A stretch of DNA of 64,000 nt, taken from contig OZ316893.1 in the NCBI GenBank assembly GCA_973895155.1, positions 21,374,955 through 21,438,954 of the forward strand. Reading direction: 5' to 3'. Below, piece by piece: positions 27,010 to 38,276 of this stretch; the stretch's first letter is position 1, and each line of letters opens with the position of its first letter. A program made the translations under genes and the position numbers. The stretch comes from Marsupella aquatica. Lineage: Eukaryota; Plantae; Marchantiophyta. The notes beneath the pieces are model-generated. The model worked only from the letters and a program-made list of their open reading frames with translations. It had not been told where the DNA came from and did not search any database.

Positions 27010-27265
27010 GCAGTGTGGGTAGACCTTACTTTTTCTGCCCTTAATCAAGTAATGACATTCAAACATTGACTCAGACTTTTATGTGAGAAGATTATGCACC
27101 CAGGTCTCTGGAGAGAGTGTCAAGCTGGGGCCCCAAACAGGAAGCCAGGGGCCTAACCTGCATGTGCATGTGGGTAGACCTTAGTTTTCCTGCCCTTAAT
27201 TAGGTGAAGGCACTCAAACATAGACTCAGAAGATTTACGTGAGAAGAGTAGACACCCAGGGATCC
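27010..27265. repeat. Diverged direct repeat of about 155 bp, probably TE-derived
   Basis: gtgggtagacctta.tttt.ctgcccttaat...ctcaaacat.gactcaga...gtgagaag...cacccagg at about 27015 and about 27170. Confidence 0.7.
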
Positions 27266-27593
27266 TGCAGTTAAACCAGGTCCCCAAAACTGACCACCTA
27301 GTGGCCTAAGTATGTAGTTTAGGTGACTGCAAGTATTGTTACACTAATTATTATGTCCACAGATTAATGTTACTTTGGAATGTAGAGTGAAAAGAAACTA
27401 TCCTTAAAATCGACAAGAATTATGTAAATCTGGACTCACTCACCCAATTTTTACTAAGACTAATACAAAGTGTAAAAGAAAATATTTTGAAAAACACGCA
27501 AGACTTAATGTAACATTGCCCAAAATTATGTGACTAACACTTAATATTGCAAAACACTAATCACAGTGAACAGTTTTTCTGTTCAACTAAACA

Positions 27594-27710
27594 GATGAGT
27601 TCCTTAGCATTCACACAATGCTAAGTGATTACAACTAGTGAAGGCGGTCAAGGTCCCACCTTCACTAGTTGTAATCACTTAGGCATTGTGTGAATGTTAA
27701 GGAACTCGTC
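27594..27710. repeat. Near-perfect inverted repeat (51/52-bp arms, 14-nt loop); hairpin RNA or MITE-like
   Basis: Left arm gatgagttccttagcattcacacaatgctaagtgattacaactagtgaagg (27594-27644) pairs with right arm ccttcactagttgtaatcacttaggcattgtgtgaatgttaaggaactcgtc (27659-27710) with two G:T pairs and a single 1-nt bulge. Confidence 0.92.
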
Positions 27711-28160
27711 AGGGCTCCTGTCTGTAAAGTTAGGGTTTATATGATAGTCACATCACTTAGAGCCATAGCTTGGATGGATCTCTATTAATACCTTTGTACT
27801 AGGATGGCATCCATAATACTCTTTGTATTACAGTCATAATTTAAACTTACTCTAAATTCATATCGTCCATGTTGAAATGCATGTTTTTGTAAATCCTCTA
27901 CGAGCCAAAGTTATGGGATACAGATCTCATCCAAGCTTATAGTTACCCCTCGTCACTGATATTCTCACAATTCTAGTTCAAACCTTCTCCAAGATGGCAA
28001 AACATGGCAAGACAAGGAATCCAAAAATATTGCCCACCAAAAGCTGCAGTAGTTGCATTATAACAAGGCGTCTCAAAAATATGAAAACAAATTGAACCTA
28101 GTGGATGGCCCTCAATGCACTTGGGTGCACAGCAACAATGTATACCCAGCCATCATATAC

Positions 28161-28322
28161 TGGGGTAGTCAAATATGAGTGGGCTCGTGCACTGTATGAG
28201 ATTGAGTTTCCTGCAAATATCTGGACCTCTTTGAATCATCATCTATTGGGGTAGTCAAATATGAGTGGGCTCGCGCAGTGTATGCGATTGAGTTTCCTGC
28301 AAATATCTGGACCACTTTGAAT
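28161..28322. repeat. 86-bp tandem duplication
   Basis: tggggtagtcaaatatgagtgggctcg.gca.tgtatg.gattgagtttcctgcaaatatctggacc at 28161 and 28247. Confidence 0.9.
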
Positions 28323-29702
28323 TCCTGGACGTGAAGGGTGCTCTTCACATTTGGTGCTCGACCAGTCCTTCGCAGTGCCCCAAACCCGCAACTCCCTGGT
28401 AGTGAATTTAGGGAGTGAATTTGAGAGTCCCTAATAATTAAGCTTTTACAAACCTTTTCGTACACACGTAGTAGACAGGAACTAAAGGCAGGATTTTGTG
28501 TCACAAACTCACTATCGGAAAAACCCTTCTAAGCCAGAATAAAAAGCTGACAAGATTCCAAGATTCAACCAGCCAATACCACAGAAAGGAGTCGAAACGC
28601 TTCGACGCTGGGTTGTCATCTCCTGAAATTGCTTGATGATGATCGTATTCCTGTCAACCGATTTGGAGGGTCACATTCTCCATATTCGTGCGTCAACTCT
28701 CACTGATCCACACATCACCCACTCCGTTTCCTCAACAAGGTCGTGAATGTTTTCATAGTGCCCCGCCACTGCAATCACCTTGAAGATGATCTTATCGTGA
28801 GCACCATCTTTTCTGGAAAGATTGCTCCTAGAGAACGCCGATGCAGCTTGAAACTTGGAACTTCGGACAATTGAGCAAGAATGCGAAGCATCAAGCATGG
28901 CATATGTTTCGATCTGATCATCTACTCTACATCGTTCCAGTTTGATCAATCTCATTTGCCATTTACCACCCGTTGACCCGAAACCGTCGGGCACGCAATT
29001 GATTGAGCTGGTTGGAACCCGGGGTGGGAAATGCTGTCAGTTGCTTTGTCTTACTTAGGAGAATGTTCATAAGAGTACACTGTCCACCGCGATCAGTGTG
29101 AGTGTAGACTAAGTAATGTGTCTCACATTGATTTGTGTCCCACTCAATTTTGTCAGGAGGGGAATTTGACTCTTGTGTGACGTAATTTGAAGAGCTTAAT
29201 CTGACACTAATTGCGGTTGAAACTTCAGCCCAAGGGAATCCTCTAGAGGGTGCCCAAGGGAATCTACTCGCTGCTGCAGTTGTCCGTTGCGTCTGTGGCA
29301 GTGCATATTGCTGAGATCAGCGCCAACCAACTTAAATTCATGATAAGATATGGCGGCCATGACGATCGGTCCCTTCGCGATTGCGCAGAATTGAGGTCCC
29401 TTCCCGGGTCCGTTCCTCCCTTCTTTCCATAGCTGGAGATCTGATATTCAATTGTGAACCGTCAACAGACCAAAGACGATTGATCTGGCCTGGACCAAAT
29501 ACACAGGACTCTATCGTCGATTCATGCACCTTCGTAGTCGTCGGGATTTTTCCTGATTCTAGTCGATGAATTGAACCTGGATCGACACTGTCCAGTTGCA
29601 TAAATATGTCACTCTCCTCTACGATGGACGTCTACACAATTGTTCTTGGGCATCCTCTGGACGTATTTCCCTCTGGCAGAGAGACATTGACGACGCTTCA
29701 CG

Positions 29703-30809
29703 ATGAGCGGCCTCCCATTTCTCCTTGGTCTGTGCTTCGTGTTTCTCAGTAGTCATGCCACGGCACTGTCCGAGCACATGACCGCAAAACTTACTTGCCA
29801 TGACTTCGTTTTCAATGTCTCGACGGTCTCATTCAACGATAGTGGCGTCATCCAGCCAGCAGCATCGTATAGCATCAGCGCGACGTACTGTCCTCCTACC
29901 AAGTTCGTTCTACACCGAGCCTCGACAGTCCAACTCCTCATGCACGGAGGGACAGGGAACAAGCTCTATTGGAGCGCATTGGCGCCCGTTGGTTCTATCA
30001 GGCAATACCAGCCCTATTCTTATTCGTACGTGGATTTCGCCAGAGGCGAAGGCTATCACACTATCGCAATTGACAGACTTGGAGCCGGAAATTCGAGCCA
30101 TCCCGATCCCACGCTCGTACGAGCAGGCTTACAGGCTGAACTCACAAACACAATCATCCAACAAATTCGCCGAAAGCTTCTTCCTCTTCAGATTCCTCTC
30201 TGCAAGAAGCTCATCCTCGTTGGCAATTCCTACGGCTCATTCATCGCGAACATCATGCTCGACAGATATCCAGAGGCTGTGGACGCGACTATCCTGACAA
30301 GCTTTGTGCACGTCTCTTCCAGCGCTGTGAGCACGATTATAACACAGCCGTTGGCGCCTGCGAGGACAGTGTTCCCAAGCGAGTTTGGAAACCTCGATCC
30401 TGGGTATCTCACCTTCTCCAACGAGACTAACCAACGACAGTGGTTTTACAGTGGAGTCGGAGATTTCGACCCCGAAGTTGCTGCCACGCAATACAGTCGC
30501 GAGGATGCGCAAGCTGTCGGCGAGATAGATAGCCTCAAAGCCGTGCTGGCCGGCTCGTTCTCCACAGACAAATCTCAGTACGCGGGTCCGTTGGCCGTGA
30601 TGATGGGCAAGGAGGATGAGCCATTTTGCCATGGCGACTGTGGGACGGGCAATTCGAGCTTCATAGCTCTGTCGGAGAAGTTCTGGCCGAATGTCAGCCG
30701 GTACACGGGATTCATGTTGGAGAATACAGGGCATTTGTTGCAGTATCATTTTAGTGCAAGGAAAGGGTTTGAGCTTTTGTATGATTGGTTGGAGACAAGT
30801 GGTTTTTAG
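29703..30809 (+). CDS. Secreted alpha/beta-hydrolase (Abhydrolase_6-like), intronless, 368 aa
   Basis: Signal peptide MSGLPFLLGLCFVFLSSHATA; oxyanion-hole strand TVQLLMHGG; GYHTIAIDRLGAGNSSHPD; nucleophile elbow GNSYG; candidate acid in GKEDEPFC; candidate catalytic His in TGH. Confidence 0.92.
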   Translation: MSGLPFLLGLCFVFLSSHATALSEHMTAKLTCHDFVFNVSTVSFNDSGVIQPAASYSISATYCPPTKFVLHRASTVQLLMHGGTGNKLYWSALAPVGSIRQYQPYSYSYVDFARGEGYHTIAIDRLGAGNSSHPDPTLVRAGLQAELTNTIIQQIRRKLLPLQIPLCKKLILVGNSYGSFIANIMLDRYPEAVDATILTSFVHVSSSAVSTIITQPLAPARTVFPSEFGNLDPGYLTFSNETNQRQWFYSGVGDFDPEVAATQYSREDAQAVGEIDSLKAVLAGSFSTDKSQYAGPLAVMMGKEDEPFCHGDCGTGNSSFIALSEKFWPNVSRYTGFMLENTGHLLQYHFSARKGFELLYDWLETSGF

Positions 30810-32518
30810 GGCTGCTAAGGGTTGAGTTTTGCTGCTCCTCGGCACCCAGATGCTGCAAACGAGACTGTTGGGGTGTTTGTAAGATGAGAGAACACATGAA
30901 CTTTGGCCGGCAGGAAGGGTATTGCTAGGGAGGCAGATTCGTTTGTTTACTTGTCACCAGTATGGTTCTTCATGATTTTTAGAATTTTAGGCTCACTTAG
31001 TGCATTTGTAGGACTCCAGATTTCCAGCTAGCTAGATAGCCAAAAGGAGTGCAAAAATTTGTTGTCCTGAAGAAATTGAAACCCGCCAATGCAAAACTCC
31101 GGAGATCAAACCTTCCCGCGCCACTTGAGACAACATTTTGGCTGGACACTTGTTGACTGCTGGATGGACGGAACGGGCGTGGTTGCGGGCTCAGCTCCGT
31201 CTGGTGCGCCTGGAAGTGCAGGAGGGATGGGCGCGGTGCTCAGCCGAAGAGGGGAATGAGTGTAACACTTGCAATCTGGTGTCTCACATACGAATGTCGC
31301 GGAGGGATGGGCAGTGAGGTACACCTTTTACGGTAACCTCCATTTTTTTTTGGTCAAACAAGCATTGTGACAAAACAAGGAAGTTGGAACTCTTGAGCAA
31401 GCTTGCGGAGCATGGCGACCTGATCATCTACAGGTCCTCTTTCCAGTTTGATCAATCTCATTTGGCATTACCGGTTGTCCCAGAACCTTCGGGCACGCAA
31501 TTAGACCTCGTGGGAAGTAAGTGCTCTCATGGCCGCATTGTGCCTGGTCTAATGTAGGAGAATAGTACACTGTCCACAGCAATTCGTGTGACTGAAGAAT
31601 TAGTGTGACTCACACTAATATATGTGTACGAATTAATTTTTTTTATAAACATATTAATTTCGTATGCCAAAGTGTGCTCCATGGAGAGTCAGGTAGTCTC
31701 GATATTCAACTGCAATCACAGTCTGGACAGTAACTGTAACGCATGTGATTAAGTTGAGTCAATTCTCCAAGTAATTGATTGCTTCCGCAAATGGACTCCT
31801 GGATGTTTAACCGAGAATGCTGGGCTGGAGAATGTTGTCACTTATTCTACTGAAGCGTAATCTTTAAGCACGAAAATTCATGTGACTGACAGTGTCCCTT
31901 AACGTGTCGTGCAATTAGAGTGAAACCAAAACTAGTGTGACTCACGCTATTCGATTCGCGTGAGACGAAAAACCTTTGAGGGCTACGCAATTAGTGACTT
32001 GACACTCAATTGACCCTAACGCCTAAACTAAGGACTAAATTTTGATCCAAGGGGGAGTACTTCAGCCCCGACTAGCTTCAGCGCAATCTGATCCACTCGA
32101 TGGTGCATTGGTGCCATTGTCCGTTGGGTCTGTGGTACTGCATTTTGCTGAGATCAGCGCTAGCAGCTTAAATTCATGATGAGATAGGACGACCATGACA
32201 ATCGATCCCTTGACGAATTTGCAATATTGAGGTCCCTTCCCCAGTCCGTTCCTCACCTTCCTTCCATGACCGGCGATCTAATACACCCTTGTGAACCGTC
32301 GAGTGACCAAAGACGATCGATCTGGCCTGGGCCAAATACACAGGACTTTAGTGTGGATTCATGCACCTGCGCAGTAGTCGAGTCTTTCATGCTTGTAGTC
32401 GATGAATTGAACCTGGATGAACACTGTCCAGTTGCTTAAATATGTCGATCTCCTCTAAAATTATTAATGAATGTCCTCTGAACCTATGTCCTTCAGGCAG
32501 ACCCGTTGACCACGCATC

Positions 32519-33130
32519 ATGCCGATCGAGCGGACTCCCATCCTTTTTTTGGTCTTCTCTTGTTCGTCTGTCTCGGTAATCTTTGCCACGGCACTGTCCG
32601 AGCACTCGATCGCAAAACCTACTTGCCATGACTTCTTTTTCAATGTCTCGACGGTTTCATTCAACGATAGTGGCGTCATCCAGCCATCAGCGTCGTATAG
32701 CATCAGCGCGGTTTACGGTTCTCCTATGGAATTCGTTCTCCACCGAGCCTCGACAGTCCAACCACTCGTGCACGGATGGACATCGAACAAGCTCTATTGG
32801 AGCGCACTGGCACCCGTTGCTTCGATCACAGTATCAGCCCCATTCCTAATCCTATGTGGATTTCGCCAGAGGCGAAGGCTATGACACTATCGCAATTGAT
32901 AGACTCGAAACCGGAAATTCGAGCCGTCCCGATCCCACGCTGGTACGAGTAGGACTAGAGGCTGAGCTCACAAACACGATTATACAGCAAATTCGCCGAA
33001 GGCTCCTTCCTTTTCTTCCTCTCTGCGAGAATCTCATCCTCGTTGGCCATTCCACCGGCTCACCCATCGCGAACCTCATACTCGACAAATATCCGAAGGC
33101 CGTGTACGCAACTATCCTAGAGGGCTTTGT
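32519..33130 (+). pseudogene. Pseudogenised tandem paralogue of the 29703 hydrolase, truncated at the 3' end
   Basis: Collinear with 29703-30309. A 2-nt deletion near 32829 and TAT>TAA near 32848 break the frame; the elbow reads GHSTG; similarity stops abruptly at 33130. The upstream flanks are also duplicated (about 29230-29700 vs 32050-32500, and about 28900-29130 vs 31410-31620). Confidence 0.92.
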
Positions 33131-33885
33131 GAACCAAAATTGTCAAAGGCAGGCCCTCACTAAAACAAGTCAATAATAATAATGAGACCACAAAGTCCCA
33201 ACCCCTCTACTAGGTGGTACCCGAATTATATTTCCCCACGTTGCATGAAAACGGTGTCACCTTCTGAAATGTACACGCACGACCCACAGAAGAGTCGGTG
33301 AAACAAAGAGCCGTCGATCTCTTCAATCGACGTCGGGTGGCTAGCTAACACCGACCCAATACGGCGACAGTGAACCGCGCGGTTCCCTCTATGCGAACGC
33401 GCCGGGCATCTTCTCAGTAACTACTTCTATACCGGCTAGCTTCCCGGCCACGCAAGATTACGTGATCGCCGACGTCCGTATCGACGACTCTGGAGCCCTT
33501 CGGCCTGGACGGAAGCATCTGAGTCGTCATTAATTGTTGCCGAATAACAGACCGTGAAAACATGCCGCCGGGAAGTTCCTCGAAGGCCACGCCGGCCTAC
33601 CTTCACCGGTTGTCCTCGGAGTATGCAGGCTTTCGCTTCCGGAATCACATCCCGACGACTAGATTACATAGAATTCAAGCCGTCAAATTCCTAGATCTAC
33701 GGACAAGATTGTCTAACCTTTTGGGGATTTCTTCATGCCTTAATTAAGAAATCAATATAGAGGGGTTCGTAGTCGTCTGCCACGCTCTCGAGCGAATTGT
33801 ACATTCTGCGTTTCTTCGGGGAAATCGACATTAGTGTTGCGTTTTTCTGTCATCTTTTGGTTCCTGAGGGCGGAGAGAAAGGTGG

Positions 33886-36800
33886 CTTCAATTCGAGAGG
33901 GACCCACACATAGCTCAAAATCAAGATGCTCTGAAGGCGGCTGAAACATTGGTGCAGGAATTTGAGGCTGAGAAAGTCCAGTGGATGGACTACATTCTGC
34001 AGTCCCGGTGGATTGGCGATGGGGAAAAATGCTCCAAGCTTTTCTTCAGAACTTTCAAAGGATTGGCCATGAAAAACGAAATCACTCAACTTTTCACTAA
34101 GGAGAATCTGCTAGTCAGCGATTGGGAGGGGATGGCTGATACTGCCACTACTTTTTTCAAGGATATCTTGGGCCAATCTGCGGGTCCACAGTGGGAACAC
34201 ATTGCAAGGGTTCTGGAGCTGCAAAAAACAAGAATCACAAGGGAGGACCAGGAGATGCTGAATGAGCCTTTCACGTTGGAGGAGCTTGGAAAGGCTGCGG
34301 CAGCGCTGGCGTGCAACAAATGCCCGGGTCCAGATGGGGTACCGGTGGAGTTTTTTGTGGCGCATTGGGACACTGTGGGTCCCTCTCTGCTTGGTGCGCT
34401 TACGCAAGAAATGGCTGAGGGGGTTTTCTCTGATGCGATTACTAGGGGATTCATTGTACTCCTACAGAAGAAGGATGATCAGCGGTACTTGACCAACAAA
34501 AGGCCCATTACTTTGCTGAATGTGGTTTACAAGATTGGCGCGAAGGCCTTTCAGCTACGTCTGATTCCAGTCCTACAAAGGTTCATCTCACCACAGCAAT
34601 TTGCCTTTCTACCAGGTCGGAATATTCACCATTCCTTGATGCTACTCAACGAAATGTTACACCATGCTCACGTCTCTGGCCTGGATTACATTCTGATGAA
34701 AGTAGACGTAACCAAGGCTTTCGACAAACTTGAATGGCCTTTCTTGATGGCTCTCATGGGGAAAGTTGGCTTCGACGGGCTAATCATGAAATTTCTGGGA
34801 GCTACTCATGCCTCAGCATCCTCGGCAGTACTTCTCAATGGGAGAATGGCTTCACCCTTTGGTCTAGCCCGATCGGTCAGACAAGGATGCCCCCTATCAC
34901 CTCTTTTGTTCCTTATTGCAATTGACGCCCTTAGCAGGATGATACAATGGGCGGTCGATAGGGGGACCATTCAGGGTGTCGACATTCAACCTGTACGCGT
35001 ACACAATGTGCACAATTTATATGCAGACGACTTGGCTATGCTCATTCGTGCTTTCATGGAGAATGTTGACAATTGTAAGCAGATCTTGGACCGTTTTGGC
35101 TCAGCATCCGGACTCGTTTGCATCTGGGAGAAAACGCAAGCAGCATTTATTTCCCCACGCAGACTCCCGATTCAATTCAGGCGTTTGCCCTGGAGTTGGG
35201 AGACCGAAGCCACCGCCACTAAGCTCTTAGGAATTCCCGTGGCACAGAGTATCTCTGAAGAACAAATGGTGCTTTCCTTAGCGGAGAAGCTTGAATCCAG
35301 ACTAGACAAGGTCCGTCGGAGTTCGGGGTCCCTTATTGCTCGTGTCACGGTCGCTAACCATTTAGTCATGAGCACTCTTTGGTTTATGCTCACGGTCTGG
35401 ACTGGGCAGCTGCACACCCTGGCTACACTTCAGAAGAAAATCACTGCCTTCGTGTGGGCAGGGCAGAACGAGAAGGCCCGATCGAGGGTTGCCTTTGCTA
35501 CTATCACTCGACCGAAGCGGCTGGGGGGACTAGGACTCATCTCATTGGTGGCGCAATTCAGGGCATTGGCAGGCAATTTCATCACTTGGGCACTGGCCGA
35601 AGGGGATCACCCACTGCGTCGAATTCTACAGCACGAGATTAAACAACTCTCTAAGCAGAAATGGGGAGGGGAGGACTTCTCGTGGGTTTTCTCACACTGC
35701 CACACATTGCCACACAATGGTTCGAAGGTTTGGACCAATGTTTGTACAGGGTGGAACGTCATCAAGAAGAACCTCCGTCCCACACCCCCTGCTCATTTAG
35801 AAGGATGGCGTGATCTTCCTCTTTGAACCCCGCACATCAATCACGTCCATGCTAATGCAGCCAAATGCCATAGCAATCCACAGAGGAAAATCAGGAGGGC
35901 AGGATTTATTTCCATGCAGGATGTCCTTGATGTACAGGGAAGTTTCATCGAATGGGAGACAGGCCCGAATTTGATACTCCCAGGGAATTGCGCCCGTGCC
36001 TACCGCAAGCTTATTGCCAACCTCAGGAGTGTACCAGAACTACATGGCGAGCCTGAGCAACTCGTTCCTATCTTTATGGAAGCCATCATGCCCTGTGGAA
36101 CTCTGTTCATTTGGGAATACCAAATACAGCGGAATCGGGTCACAACCCAATGGCAGAGATTTAATGATACTTCACATCCACGGCAGACCTTCAAGGTGGC
36201 AAATGGACTCCTCTACAAATCAGTCAACTCAACTCCCCCGATCGGTACCGTTCTACACCGGGTTTTGGTGAGATCACACGGTAGAGCTCCCATTCTCAAG
36301 CAGCGGATTGGCAGACCTCTGGGATCCCTTTCACCCCTGCTACAATATGAGTGGAAAGATGGGCTTCCCTTTCTGGACACCCACACTGCACATCTGAGGG
36401 AAATTCAAGGTACAACTTCTGGATCCCTTCACAAAGCGGTGCAGAAATGGGCCATCAGCTTGAACTGGAGACCGGATCCACTTACGCTATGGGCTGATAC
36501 TTGGCTACCTTTTCGGGCTGCTAGTGAAAATTGCTACTTGTGGCAGTTGATTTATAGGATCCCGGCAACACAACATTGGAGATTTCCGCGGCTACCACCC
36601 TCCGATTCCAGCACTTGGTGCACCCGGTGTGGACTGGATCAACAGGAAGACATACTTCACTGCATATGGAGTTGTCATCAGTCTCAGATCATTTGGAGAT
36701 GGGTGGAATGTGTTCTCCAGCTTTGTGCATTCTCTAGCCCGGGCAACTCAATTCACCTTCAGCCCGCACACATTTTTGTTGGAGTGCCACTACCTGATGA

Positions 36801-37113
36801 GTGGGATACACCGGTAAAGCTTTGGCATACCCTACGGGCTATCATTTGTTGGAATGTGTGGAAGGACAGAAGCACACATTTTTTTGAACACATCAGACCT
36901 AACCCACAGGGGGTTATTCGGAAATCCTGGCATCGACTCGGAATTTACCTCCGAAAGGACTGGGCACGACACAGAGTCCGCATTAGGGCTGGCAAGACCA
37001 CCCCAAGAGAGGCCCGAAATGAGATGTCCTTTAACTACGGCACCTGGATAGGCCTGTGGGAGATCCACGATGAAGCTCTCCAAGTTTCACCTGTCCCTCC
37101 ACGTCCCCCGTGA
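33886..37113 (+). pseudogene. LINE ORF2 (RT plus zf-RVT) with a single in-frame stop
   Basis: The frame is open from 33886 to TGA 35824-35826 (probably TGG>TGA in DLPL*), then continues in the same frame through 35914 to 37113. Confidence 0.9.
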
Positions 37114-37451
37114 ATCAGAATCTTATCTCAGGTTTGGAAGTTGCACTGCAGACTGACTGATTGAGCTCTTGCTCTCTCACGGACCCACTGGAAGGAACCC
37201 GGCCGGAACCTGATCACTGGCCAGTCTTTAGGAGTTTGCTGCTCCGGCTGTAGTCTCTAAATTACTTGTTTAGGCGCCTTCCTTTTGGGGGCCAGCTTCT
37301 TCCCTGGTACCGGCCTCCCCGGTCTTAGGGCTTCGACCTTTGGTCCTTTGGGTTGGTGCCTTTTGGGCCCCCTTTTTGTATGTTGACTTTTTGAATGGAA
37401 TTCAATTCGTTCTTTCAAGGCAAAAAAAAAGAACTTTCAAGGCAAAAAAAA
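33886..37451 (+). mobile_element. 5'-truncated LINE (L1-type) retrotransposon with TSD AGAAAGGTGG
   Basis: ORF2 RT motifs KCPGPDG, RPITLLNVVYKI, QFAFLPGR, KVDVTKAFDKLEW, SVRQGCPLSPLLF and LYADDL; C-terminal zinc finger CTRC..EDILHCIWSC; 3' UTR and A9 tail; AGAAAGGTGG at 33876-33885 and 37452-37461. No endonuclease domain or ORF1. Confidence 0.95.
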
Positions 37452-38276
37452 AGAAAGGTGGGTCCGCAGATGTTGCACTCCAAAGATGATCGGGGGTTCA
37501 CTGTGTAGTCGTAGGCAAGATCCCAACGCGGCAGACGATCTGCTCTTTGTATGATTATTGCTGTCGAACGAACAGAACGGTTTGCTTGGTGAAGAATTTC
37601 GGTAGACTTTGTTTGGTTCTTGACGTTTCTGGTGAGAACATAAGTCTGCGTTGAAAGTGGAGTTGGCGGAATCAGTCGGTTTGATTTTTAGGCCCAAGTC
37701 GACTGCAGAAGAGTTTTTGTTTGATTTCTAGGTTTGATTTTAGGCCCGAGTCGACTGTAGAAGAGTTTTCGTTTGATTTTCAAGTTTTGTCCGCCGAAGA
37801 AGTCGTTTCCTCACAGGTTTAGGTACAGTACGTGAATTTCCGTGTCTCCGACGACGGGGTCGTTTCTTTACAGTTTGAATCAGTGATCGATCATCTGTTC
37901 GAGGATGGAGCATTTTGTTTGATGCAAATTTTGATACATTATCGCCGTCTTTCTTTCAACTAATTTTCAAATGCACTTTGTTGGCTGTGAAATAGATTTC
38001 AAGCGAGCGAGCTCGACAATTTGTTGACGATTAGGGCGTTTTATTGGACATGTGATCGGCGCTGATTATTATACATTGAAACAGAGGTGGCCGCAGGAGT
38101 TGGGAACACTCTAAGGGAAGAAGTGTCAGGGAGGTGTTCTTCTAGATCGAAATCCATTTGAGGACATAGAGAAGGACTTTAAGCTCGCTTTTGATAAATC
38201 AAGTGCTGGCCATTAATCACGGAAAGGAGAGCAGAAGAGAAGAGCACGCGGACAGAGAGACTAAAGAGTGTCAAGT

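Noticed and set aside
33130-33886. LINE insertion as the direct cause of the hydrolase pseudogene truncation
   Set aside because: The TSD places the LINE start at 33886, about 755 bp after similarity ends, and the hydrolase 3' half is not found after the LINE. These are separate events.
35824-35826. Programmed readthrough or two separate LINE ORFs
   Set aside because: Most simply a TGG>TGA nonsense mutation in a single ORF2 of an already 5'-truncated copy.
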